From the NCBI GenBank assembly GCA_021807105.1, contig JAKAPL010000011.1, positions 3,876 through 67,875 of the forward strand: 64,000 bases of DNA, read 5' to 3'. The position numbers and the translations under genes were made by a program. The notes beneath the pieces are model-generated. The model searched no databases. It was not told the DNA's origin and worked only from the letters and a program-made list of their open reading frames with translations. This DNA is from Myxococcales bacterium (GTDB lineage Bacteria > Myxococcota > Myxococcia > Myxococcales > JAKAPL01). Of this stretch, positions 54,463-62,731 are shown one piece after another; position 1 is the first letter of the stretch; the number at the start of each line of letters is the position of its first letter.

Positions 54463-56607
54463 TTACAGGCCGAACCGGTACTTCTCGTGGCAGGAGCCGC
54501 AGGCGTTCGGCATGGGCGTGCCGCCGTAGTCCCCGGCCTTCGCGCCCGCGAGCGTCGCGATCGTCTCGTCCGGCGTCGCGACGTTGAAGGTGTGGGAGGT
54601 CACGTCGCCGAGGATGGGCGCGTTCCTGCTCTGTTCGCCGGGGCCGAAGTACAGGACCGCCGTATCCGAGGTCTTCGCCATGTGGCAGGTGGCGCAACGT
54701 CCGACCGGGATGCCGGCCTGGGCCGTGGGATCGAAGTAGGCGGTCATCCCCGCCCGGCTCTTCATGTGGTCGTCGACCGCCGAGGCGACCGCGGTCGCGT
54801 CCGCCTGCTGGTCGCCCGCCGAAGGCGTCCAGGCCGTCCCGCCGAGGGTCACCTTGCCGCCCGCGAGGACGTGGTAGCCGGCCACGTTCCGGAGCGACAC
54901 CGAGGCGTAGTCGCCGTGAGTCGCGTGGCAGGAGAGGCAGACCACGTCGTCGGCGAGCGCGCCGGAGTTGCCCGAGAAGACGTAGGTGCCGCCGTCCGGA
55001 TCGGTCCGCGTGATCTGGTACGGCCCGCCGGAGCCGGAGTGGGCGTCGTGGCAATCGATGCAGGTGATCTTCTCGGACGAGTTGTTCGCGTGGACGCTCC
55101 CTTGGAGGTCGATGGCCTGCGTGTGGTCGGTCAGGGGGAAGCCGGCCGGGTAGTAGAGCGAAGGATCCCCGTACTCGGGGACGGTCTCATAGTTTACGAG
55201 CAGGTCCACGCCGGGGACGAAGTTCCCTCCGGCGCCGCCGTCGGCCTGGCTGTTCCAGGCGAAGTCGAAGGCGCCGGCCGGGCTCACCGAGGCCCCGCCG
55301 TTGACGTGACACTGCCCGCAGTCCTCGTTCACCGCCTGCGCGGTCAGATAGGCCGGGTTGACGATGGCCTTCGCGTCGCCGCCCGCGTTCGCGTGGTCCG
55401 AGCCGGGGCCGTGGCACTTCTCGCAGGCGATCTGCCTCTCGACGAAACTATACGACGTCACGATGCCGTTGCCGTCGGTCGCGAGCGTGGCGCCCACGTC
55501 GTGGCAGCCCGTGCAGGTCTGGGCGTAGGTATGCCCCTGAAACGGCGGTCCCAGGTAGTCCGGCGCGTTGGCCCACGCCTGGGCGCGCTGATTCCAGGCC
55601 GCGGGCAGGAAGAGCAGATCCCCCGGTGTGCCGGTGATGTTCCAGGTCACCCAGGTGGGCTTCGGCTCCGCGCTTCCGTTGCCGGCAACGTAGTAGGCGA
55701 ACTCCTGCTGCCACCAGCCGCGCGCCGTCGTGGCTCCGCCGTCGAGGTAGTCGGCGGAGCAGGCGGTCCCCTCCGGGAGGATGCCGCCGGTCGAGCATTG
55801 GCCGGCCGCGCTCGCGACGCCGCCGATCGTCACGTCGACCGGCATGAACGTATCGGCGGCGTCGATCGCGCCGTTCCCGTTGGTGTCGAGCGCCTGGCCG
55901 AACTGGGGGTGGCCGCATCCCGCCTTCCAGCGGACGAGCCAGACCTTCCGGCTCGGGTAGCCCCCGTCGATCGGGGTGACGACCGGGTCCGGGTCGCTCG
56001 CCTGGACGCCGGTGTCTTTCGTCGCCGGTCCACTGCAATCGGCCGGCTCGGCGGGCCAGCCCGTGAGATCGACGCGCGAGAGCCCCTCGGTCACGTAGGC
56101 CCGGTGGCCAGAACCCTGCCAGGCGGTGACCAGCCCCTTCATCGAGGGGATCGACGTGTGGCAGCCGATGCAGGCCGTGCTGCCGACGTAGGTCGCCGTG
56201 TTGGAGGGTCTCCCGGACAGCGTGACCTCGACCCCGCTCGTCGTGCCGCCGGAGGTCACGTGGAGCGCCGCGAGGGTCTCGCCGGGGAGCCAGCCGGCGG
56301 CCGAGGCCTCGATGAACACGGGGCCCGCGGGAACGTTCGTGATCGTGTACGTGCCGTCCGACGCGGTCGTGGCGCATCGGCGGGCGCCACCGTCGGTCGC
56401 GCTCTCCTCGACGCAGGCCGAGGCCCCGGGCATGGGGCTCGACGCGGCCGGGACGCCCTTGCGGACGTACACCGTCCCGGAGATCGTTCCCGCGGAGCCG
56501 CCGGCGTCCCCGTTCGCCGCCGCCGGGCCCTTCGGCCCGGTGGAACCTCCGCAGCCACCGAGGATCCAGAACGCCGTCGCCCCCATCACTCCGAGAAGGT
56601 GCTTCAT
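54463..56607 (-). CDS. Octaheme c-type cytochrome lipoprotein with an N-terminal carboxypeptidase-regulatory-like domain
   Basis: ATG 56607 after GGGAGG. MKHLLGVMGATAFWILGGC lipobox. ISGTVYV...DGTYTITNVPAGPVFIEA is the CarboxypepD_reg-like part. Eight CxxCH motifs: CIGCH, CTGCH, CEKCH, CGQCH, CIDCH, CLSCH, CATCH, CGSCH. Confidence 0.85.
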   Translation of the reverse strand: MKHLLGVMGATAFWILGGCGGSTGPKGPAAANGDAGGSAGTISGTVYVRKGVPAASSPMPGASACVEESATDGGARRCATTASDGTYTITNVPAGPVFIEASAAGWLPGETLAALHVTSGGTTSGVEVTLSGRPSNTATYVGSTACIGCHTSIPSMKGLVTAWQGSGHRAYVTEGLSRVDLTGWPAEPADCSGPATKDTGVQASDPDPVVTPIDGGYPSRKVWLVRWKAGCGHPQFGQALDTNGNGAIDAADTFMPVDVTIGGVASAAGQCSTGGILPEGTACSADYLDGGATTARGWWQQEFAYYVAGNGSAEPKPTWVTWNITGTPGDLLFLPAAWNQRAQAWANAPDYLGPPFQGHTYAQTCTGCHDVGATLATDGNGIVTSYSFVERQIACEKCHGPGSDHANAGGDAKAIVNPAYLTAQAVNEDCGQCHVNGGASVSPAGAFDFAWNSQADGGAGGNFVPGVDLLVNYETVPEYGDPSLYYPAGFPLTDHTQAIDLQGSVHANNSSEKITCIDCHDAHSGSGGPYQITRTDPDGGTYVFSGNSGALADDVVCLSCHATHGDYASVSLRNVAGYHVLAGGKVTLGGTAWTPSAGDQQADATAVASAVDDHMKSRAGMTAYFDPTAQAGIPVGRCATCHMAKTSDTAVLYFGPGEQSRNAPILGDVTSHTFNVATPDETIATLAGAKAGDYGGTPMPNACGSCHEKYRFGL

Positions 56608-56711
56608 GTGTGCCTCCCGATCGCGATCGAAGGATGGGCTGACCATGGAGAAACCGCGAGCCTCACAGAGGGGGCCCATCCTCTCCTGAACGGGCGGCGA
56701 GGCTTTCACGT

Positions 56712-56727
56712 TGCAAAGGGAGGCCCA
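56712..56727 (-). promoter_or_regulatory. Candidate sigma-54 (-24/-12) promoter upstream of the octaheme cytochrome gene
   Basis: The minus strand reads TGGGCCTCCCTTTGCA against the consensus TGGCAC-N5-TTGCA. GG and GC have the correct 12-nt spacing and TTGCA is perfect. It lies ~105 nt upstream of the ATG. Confidence 0.3.
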
Positions 56728-56830
56728 CCCGGACGCGGGATTCAGCCGGGCCCGGCGGCGGTTGATGTTCTTGGAGAGTGTGGTAGGCTGTGAGGCCGCT
56801 TCGGGCGCGAGACGCCCGCAGGGAGAGCCC

Positions 56831-57640
56831 ATGCGCTTGCGCAAAGCCCTGTTCGTCCTTCCGAACCTCTTCACGGTCTCATCGATCTTCTGCGGTCTCT
56901 ACGCGCTGTCGCTCGCCGCGTCGGACCGGGAGGGGGCGTTCTACCAGGCGGCGATCGCGATCCTGTTCGCCGTCATCTTCGACGCGGTCGACGGGCGGGT
57001 GGCGCGGCTGACGAAGACGCAGAGCGAGTTCGGGATGCAGCTCGACAGCCTGGCGGACGTGGTGAGCTTCGGGGCCGCCCCCGCGCTGCTGCTGTACCGG
57101 TGGGCCCTCGCGCCGCTCGGCTTCCCGGGTCTCTTCGTGGCGTTCCTCTTCGTCGCCTGCGGCGCGCTCCGGCTCGCCCGCTTTAACGTGCTCGCGAACC
57201 GCCGCCCGACGCCCGGCTTCTTCGTCGGCCTTCCCATCCCCGCGGCGGCCGGCGTCGTCGTGGCGCTCGTCCTCTCGCACGGCGTCGCGGGCGGTGCTCC
57301 GCCCGCCTGGCCGGTGGCGATGCTCGCTCTCGTCGTCTCCGCCCTCATGGTCTCCAACGTGCGGTACCGCACCTTCAAGACCGTCCGGCTCACGCGCCGC
57401 CGGACCGCGCTGCTCTTCCTGGCGATGGGGGCGGTGATCGTCTCGGCGGCGGAGTTCCAGCCGGCCGTCGTGGTCGCCGCGCTGATCATGGCCTACGTGG
57501 CCTCCGGCCTCGCCGAGGGCGTCGTCGTCTTCGGGCGCCGTCGCGTCGAACGGCGGAGGGCGCGCATCGCCCTCACGGCGCTCGGCGACGAGACGGTGGA
57601 GAGCGACGAAGACGACGAAGACGACGACGACTTCGCCTGA
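56831..57640 (+). CDS. pssA: CDP-diacylglycerol--serine O-phosphatidyltransferase
   Basis: ATG 56831 after GGGAGAG. CDP-alcohol phosphatidyltransferase motif FDAVDGRVARLTKTQSEFGMQLDSLADV. Polytopic. Unusual acidic tail ESDEDDEDDDDFA. Confidence 0.85.
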   Translation: MRLRKALFVLPNLFTVSSIFCGLYALSLAASDREGAFYQAAIAILFAVIFDAVDGRVARLTKTQSEFGMQLDSLADVVSFGAAPALLLYRWALAPLGFPGLFVAFLFVACGALRLARFNVLANRRPTPGFFVGLPIPAAAGVVVALVLSHGVAGGAPPAWPVAMLALVVSALMVSNVRYRTFKTVRLTRRRTALLFLAMGAVIVSAAEFQPAVVVAALIMAYVASGLAEGVVVFGRRRVERRRARIALTALGDETVESDEDDEDDDDFA

Positions 57641-57665
57641 GCGGCGGGGTGCGGGCGGCGCGACG

Positions 57666-58142
57666 CTGTCCCACTCGCTCGCCCGCCTGCTCGTCCCTCA
57701 CGGCGCCACGGTCGCGCTCGCCGAGTCGCTGACCGGGGGCCTCGCGGCCGCGCTCCTCGCCGCCGATCCTGGCGCGAGCGGCTGGCTGCGCCTCTCGATC
57801 GTCGCCTACACGGAGGACGCCAAGCGCGAGGTCCTGGGGGTCCCGGCCGACCTGCTCGCGGCCCACGGCGCGGTGAGCGGCCCCGTGGCCGCGTCGATGG
57901 CGCAGCGGGCGAGGCTCCTCGGCCGTGCCACCTTCGGGCTCTCGTGCACGGGCCTCGCCGGTCCAGGGACCGCGGGCTCGGCCGAACCCATCGGAACGGT
58001 CTTCACCGCGGTCGCGGCCAAGGGCGTCACGCGCGTCACCCGCCATCGTTTCCCTGGAGACCGCGGCCGCGTCCAGCGGCTCGCCGCCCGCGCCACGGCC
58101 GAGGGGCTGCGCCGCTTTCTCATCGACGAACTCTCGTGGTAA
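57666..58142 (+). CDS. CinA C-terminal-domain / PncC-like nicotinamide-nucleotide amidohydrolase; start codon unresolved
   Basis: The frame reads ...LSHSLARLLVPHGATVALAESLTGGLAAALL...IVAYTEDAKREVLGV...HGAVSGPVAASMA...GLAGPG...GTVF..., colinear with E. coli PncC (YgaD). There is no in-frame ATG, GTG or TTG upstream of 57873, so the coordinates start at a CTG (57666). The ORF track lists only 57873..58142. Confidence 0.55.
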   Translation: MSHSLARLLVPHGATVALAESLTGGLAAALLAADPGASGWLRLSIVAYTEDAKREVLGVPADLLAAHGAVSGPVAASMAQRARLLGRATFGLSCTGLAGPGTAGSAEPIGTVFTAVAAKGVTRVTRHRFPGDRGRVQRLAARATAEGLRRFLIDELSW

Positions 58143-58188
58143 GCGTTCGCGGCTGAACCGATCCCGCGGCGTGAGCGGGTCGCCCAAG

Positions 58189-59484
58189 ATGAAAGCGGAC
58201 GCCAACAAGTCGCGAGAGCCCCGGATCGCGCCGGCGCCCACCCGGGAGCCGGGTCCCGCGCCGGTCGCTGCGCCCGGCGCCGGCGCCGGATGGCGGCTGC
58301 CGCTCGCCCTCTTCGCCGGGAGCTTCCTCGTCCTCGCGATCTTCTCCGGCAGCCGCATCTTCCACCAGTCGGGCGCCCCCCACTTCATCTACCAGGCCGA
58401 GGCGTTCCTCCACGGCCAGGCCGCCCTCACGGCAGCCCCCCCCGATCTGAACGACTGGGCGCGCAACGGCTCCCACTGGTACGTGAGCTTCCCGCCCTTC
58501 CCGGCGCTGCTCATGGTCCCCTTCGTCGCCGTCGCCGGCTTCCAGTTCAACGACGTCTTCTTCACCCTGGTGCTCGCCGCGGCGAACGTCGCGCTCTTCT
58601 TCCTCTTCCTGCGCCGCCTCTCCGCCTGCGGGGACAGCGCCCGGAGCGAGCGGGAGAACGCGATCCTCGCCCTCCTCTTCGCCTTCGGGACCCTCGCCTT
58701 CTACTGCTCCATCCGCGGCGAGGTCTGGTTCACCGCGGAGGTGGTGGGCGTCACACTGACCTGCCTCTACCTGATCGCGGCCCACCGGGCGGCCCACCCC
58801 GCGCTCGCCGGCCTCGCCCTCGGCTGCGCGGCGATCACCCGGGCGCCGCTCGCCTTCTCCGGAATCTACTTCCTGCTCGAGGTGCTCGCCCCGGACGGCG
58901 TGTTCGACCGGGCGCCCCTCGCCGGCCGGCTCCAGGCCGGCGCCGGCAAGCTCGCGATCTTCGCCGGCCTGGCCGCGGTCGCGATCCTCCCCGCGCTCTG
59001 GATGAACGAGGTCCGCTTCGGCAGCCCCTTCGAGTTCGGCCACCGCTTCCTCTTCGACAACCGGGTCAACGGAGACGTCGCCCGCTGGGGGCTCTTCAAC
59101 TACCACTACCTGGAGCGCAACCTCCACGCCGCCTTCACCCGGCTGCCGATCCTCATCTGGCCCTCCGGGCAGGCGCCCCACCTCTCGTTCGACGCCGCCG
59201 GGATGAGCCTCTTCGTCACGACCCCGCTCTTCTTTCTCCTGCTCTGGCCGGTCGTCCGGCCGCGGCTCCACCGCCTCCTCTGGTTGACCACCGCGGCCGT
59301 GAGCCTACCCGGCTTCTTCTACCAGAACACCGGCTGGCGGCAGTTCGGATTCCGCTTCAGCCTCGACTACACGCCCTACCTGATCGCGCTCGTCGCGATC
59401 GGCGGGCGGAGGATGGGCCGCGTCTTCTGGGCCCTCGCGCTCGCCGGCGTCGCCGTGAACGTGTGGGGCGCGCTCGCCTTCTAG
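58189..59484 (+). CDS. Polytopic membrane protein, ArnT/PMT_2-like GT-C glycosyltransferase candidate
   Basis: ATG 58189. 431 aa with ~10 TM helices. ...WYVSFPPFPALLMVPFVA... and conserved Arg/Glu loops. Family assignment is by general resemblance only. Confidence 0.55.
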   Translation: MKADANKSREPRIAPAPTREPGPAPVAAPGAGAGWRLPLALFAGSFLVLAIFSGSRIFHQSGAPHFIYQAEAFLHGQAALTAAPPDLNDWARNGSHWYVSFPPFPALLMVPFVAVAGFQFNDVFFTLVLAAANVALFFLFLRRLSACGDSARSERENAILALLFAFGTLAFYCSIRGEVWFTAEVVGVTLTCLYLIAAHRAAHPALAGLALGCAAITRAPLAFSGIYFLLEVLAPDGVFDRAPLAGRLQAGAGKLAIFAGLAAVAILPALWMNEVRFGSPFEFGHRFLFDNRVNGDVARWGLFNYHYLERNLHAAFTRLPILIWPSGQAPHLSFDAAGMSLFVTTPLFFLLLWPVVRPRLHRLLWLTTAAVSLPGFFYQNTGWRQFGFRFSLDYTPYLIALVAIGGRRMGRVFWALALAGVAVNVWGALAF

Positions 59485-59667
59485 GAGGCTCGTGTGAAAT
59501 GGGTGCCGTCACGAGGAAACCGAGGCCGAGGCGAGACGGGCGCCCGCGGAGTGAGCAGCGTCAAACGTACTCTTTGCAGTCCGTTTTGTAGCGATGCGAC
59601 GAGGCCGCCCGTCGCAGCGAAGGGATCGGCTTTCGCAGCAGGCAGCCATTTCACACCAGCCTCCTAG
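59481..59667. mobile_element. 187-bp MITE-like element with 27-bp terminal inverted repeats (CTAGGAGGCTCGTGTGAAATGGGTGCC ... GGCAGCCATTTCACACCAGCCTCCTAG)
   Basis: The left TIR 59481-59507 and right TIR 59641-59667 are reverse complements at 25 of 27 positions. The left TIR also occurs at 6695-6721. There is an internal hairpin GCGACG-AGGCCGCC-CGTCGC. No coding capacity. Confidence 0.75.
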
Positions 59668-59679
59668 GAGGAGGACCCC

Positions 59680-60339
59680 GTGAGCCCGAAGAAGAAGCCG
59701 CGCGCGGCGCCCAAGAAGAAGCTCTTCGTCGCCCTCGCCGGCAACATCGGCGCCGGCAAGACGACCGCGGCGAAGCTCATCAGCCAGTCCTTCGGCTTCG
59801 AGCTGTTCGACGAGCCGGTCATCGACAACCGTTTCCTCGCCTCCTACTACGCCGACATGCGGCGCTGGTCCTTCACCCTCCAGCTCGAGTTCCTCCTCCG
59901 GCGCGTCGAGCACCACGAGCTGATCCGGACGGTCGAGAAGTCGTGCGTCCAGGACCGCACCCTCTACGAGGACCCCGAGATCTTCGCCAAGTACCTGCAC
60001 GGCCTCGGCCACATGGGCGACTCCGAGCTCCAGCTCTACCTCGAGTATTTCCAGCGTCTCTCGCGCGACATCCACCAGCCGGACAAGGTCATCTGCTTCG
60101 ACGTCCCCGACGTCTCGGTGCTCCTGCGCCGCATCAAGAGCCGCGGCCGCGAGGAGGAGAAGGGCATCCAGAGCCAGTTCCTGCGGGGCCTCAACGGCTA
60201 CTACGCGACCTTCCCCATGGTCCTGCGCAGCAAGTACGGCATGGACTGCCTGACGTTGGACGTGACCCGGTTGGACATCCGCTCCGGCGAGGGGCGCGAG
60301 GAGCTCCTCGACCGTGTGTCGGGCTTCTTCGCGCGGTGA
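59680..60339 (+). CDS. Deoxynucleoside kinase (dAK/dGK/dCK family)
   Basis: GTG 59680 after AGGAGGAGG. P-loop LAGNIGAGKTT, ...FDEPV...YYADMRRWSFTLQLEFL..., and the ERS/DR-type motif (VQDRTLYED). Confidence 0.85.
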   Translation: MSPKKKPRAAPKKKLFVALAGNIGAGKTTAAKLISQSFGFELFDEPVIDNRFLASYYADMRRWSFTLQLEFLLRRVEHHELIRTVEKSCVQDRTLYEDPEIFAKYLHGLGHMGDSELQLYLEYFQRLSRDIHQPDKVICFDVPDVSVLLRRIKSRGREEEKGIQSQFLRGLNGYYATFPMVLRSKYGMDCLTLDVTRLDIRSGEGREELLDRVSGFFAR

Positions 60340-60369
60340 ACGGCGACAAGCCCCCGGGGGACGCCGCGC

Positions 60370-61864
60370 TCACGCGCGCTCGACCGCGCGCTTCCAGCGA
60401 TCGAGCAGGGCCGCGCGCGCCGCCGGTTCCAGGCGGGGCGTGAAGCGCTTGTCGATCCGGTGGGCCTTGGCGACCTCGTCCCGGCTCTTCCAGAGGCCGG
60501 TGGCGAGGCCCGCGAGGAACGCCGCGCCGAGGGCGGTGCTCTCGATCATCTTCGGCCGCTCGACGGGGACCCCGAGCACGTCCGCCTGGATCTGCATGAG
60601 CAGGTTGTTGCCACAGGCGCCCCCGTCCACCCGGAGCGCAGAGAGCGGGCGGCCGCTGTCCGCGCTCATCGCGATCGCGAGGTCGTGGATCTGGAGCGCC
60701 ATCCCCTCCAGCACCGCGCGGGCCAGGTGCGCGGCGGTCGTCCCCCGGTCGATCCCGGTGATGAGCCCCCGGGCCTCCGGCCGCCAGTGGGGCGCGCCGA
60801 GCCCGGCGAGCGCGGGGACGAACGTGACGCCCCCGGTGTCCCTGACCTTGCGGGCAAGCGGCTCGATCTCGGCCGCGCTCTCGATGATCCCGAGCCCGTC
60901 CCGCAGCCACTGCACGGCCGCCCCGGCGACGAAGGCGCTCCCCTCGAGCGCGTAGGCCACCTCGGGGCCGACCCGCCAGGCGACGGTCGTGAGCAGGCCG
61001 CTCCTGGAAACGGCCGGCGTCCCGCCGGTGTTGACGAGGAGGAACGCCCCGGTGCCGTACGTGCACTTGCTCTCGCCGGGGGAGAAGCACGCCTGTCCGA
61101 AGAGCGCCGCCTGCTGATCGCCTGCCATCCCCGCGATCGGGATGCCGTCCGGCAGCACCGACAGGCCGCGGGTCTTGCCCAGGAGCTCCGAAGAGCCGCA
61201 CACCTCGGGCAGGACGATCTCCGGGACCCCCAGGATCCGGCAGAGATCTTCGTCCCAGGCGAGCCGGCCGATGTCGAAGAGGAGGGTCCTGCTCGCGTTC
61301 GTCACGTCGGTCGCGTGGACCCGTCCCCCGGTGAGGCGGAAGAGGAGGAAGCTGTCGATCGTGCCGAAGCCGATCTCGCCCTTCTCCGCCCGCTCCCGCG
61401 CGTGCTCCACGTTCGAGAGGAGCCAGGCGAGCTTCGTCCCCGAGAAGTAGGGATCCAGGACGAGGCCGGTCCGCTCGCGGAAGAGCGGCTCATGGCCGGC
61501 CTCGCGCAGCTTCGTGCAGGCGTCCGCGGTGCGCCGATCCTGCCAGACGATCGCGTTGTGGAGCGGCCGGCCGCCGTCGCGCTCCCAGAGGCAGGTGGTC
61601 TCGCGCTGGTTGGTGATCCCGATGGCGGAGATCTCGGCCGGCCGGACGCCCGAGAGGCGCAGCGCCTCGGCGATCGTCCGGTTCACCGACCCCCAGATGT
61701 CCTCGAGGTCGTGCTCGACCCAGCCCGGCCGCGGGAAGATCTGCCGGATCTCCTGGTTGACCCGCGCCTTGATGGAGAGCCGCCGGTCGAGCACGAGCAC
61801 GGTCGTCCCCGTCGTGCCCTGATCGATCGAAAGCACGTAACCGCGAGCGTCCATCGCCCCCCAG
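60370..61864 (-). CDS. glpK: Glycerol kinase
   Basis: ATG 61864 gives [21 protein letters not shown]...GWVEHD...[10 protein letters not shown]..., a full-length FGGY kinase of 498 aa. The ORF-track extension to 62508 is an in-frame upstream read-through with implausible sequence. Confidence 0.95.
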
Positions 61865-62290
61865 TCTACACGCTCGCCCGGCCGGCCGTCGAACGGAAGC
61901 GAGGCGGGCGAGGGGATGGAGCCGGACGGTCGGGATGGAACCGGCGGCGCCGGTCCAGTTGCTGCCTCGTGACGAGTGGCCTGCGGCGGGCGCCCCGCGG
62001 GAACGCCGGCGAACGGCCCTTGCTCCTGGAACTCCCCCCACTCTGCCGCCCGCGATCGATGTCCATGGGACGGTCCGGCGCGCGGCAGGGGCAAGCGCGA
62101 GCGGCGGTCCGGCACGGTTGGGGGTAAACAGCGTGCCAGGGGCGCGGGCAGGCGCCCGGGAGCGTCGGGGCGTGCGGGCCGGCGGCGCTTCATCGAGGAC
62201 GGCTGCGGCCTCGTGCTCGAAGAGGAAGGCGCTCGGCTCGATGGACTCCCTCCCGTCCTGGATGGGAGGCAGGCTCGGGCGGATGGCCCG

Positions 62291-62593
62291 GGGTTCATCC
62301 TCGATGGAGGCAAAGGAGCAGCGGCTGGGCGAGGGTTCATCCGGCTGGTGCGAGGGTTCATTCGGCTGGGAAGGAAACTCATCCAACATGGAAGGAGGCG
62401 CAGCCTCCATGAAAACACGATCCTCCGGCTGGAACGTGACTTCATGGTCCATGAATGGAGCGACCTCAGCGATGAAAGCCCATTCATCGCCGATGAATCC
62501 GTTTTCATGCGGGTGATCTCCAGCTCGAGGGAGGATGAACGAACCGATCAGCCGCAGGACCCTGCTGATCAGCCGGATGAACGGACCGATCAG
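62291..62593. repeat. Cluster of GATGAA/TTCATC-containing direct and inverted repeats in the gene-free region upstream of glpK
   Basis: GGGTTCATCC at 62291 and 62333, GGGTTCATTC at 62354. Perfect IRs TTCATGG-T-CCATGAA (62441-55), GCGATGAA-N6-TTCATCGC (62469-90) and TTCATCG-C-CGATGAA (62483-97). Direct repeats GGATGAACGRACCGATCAG at 62533-51 and 62575-93. Confidence 0.8.
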
Positions 62594-62697
62594 GTCCATG
62601 ACCTTGGGTGATCCGCCGGATGGGGGGCCGAACGGGCGCATGCGCCCCGCGATCTCGGGTCGCGGGCGCGCGACGAGGTCCCTGGCCGCGTGATCGC

Positions 62698-62724
62698 GGA
62701 GGCTCGTCGGCCCGGCGGTCCTCC
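62698..62724 (-). terminator. Hairpin 7 nt after the response-regulator stop codon (candidate terminator, no U-tract)
   Basis: GGAGG (62698-702) ... CCTCC (62720-24) with internal G/C pairing. The TAA stop is at 62734-62732 on the minus strand. Confidence 0.25.
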
Positions 62725-62731
62725 GACCCGC

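Noticed and set aside
56701-56716. Plus-strand sigma-54-like promoter AGGCTTTCACGTTGCA for pssA
   Set aside because: Only GGC of the -24 element matches, and it shares the palindromic TTGCAA with the better minus-strand candidate. A housekeeping pssA is unlikely to be sigma-54 dependent.
61490-62641. 383-aa minus-strand ORF ([24 protein letters not shown]...) upstream of glpK as a CDS
   Set aside because: It would overlap the well-supported glpK 5' end by ~375 nt in another frame. It has a weak RBS and many GAT/GAA/TTT-type codons atypical for this genome. Its peptide repeats mirror the DNA palindromes, since the same motifs give FI on one strand and DE on the other.
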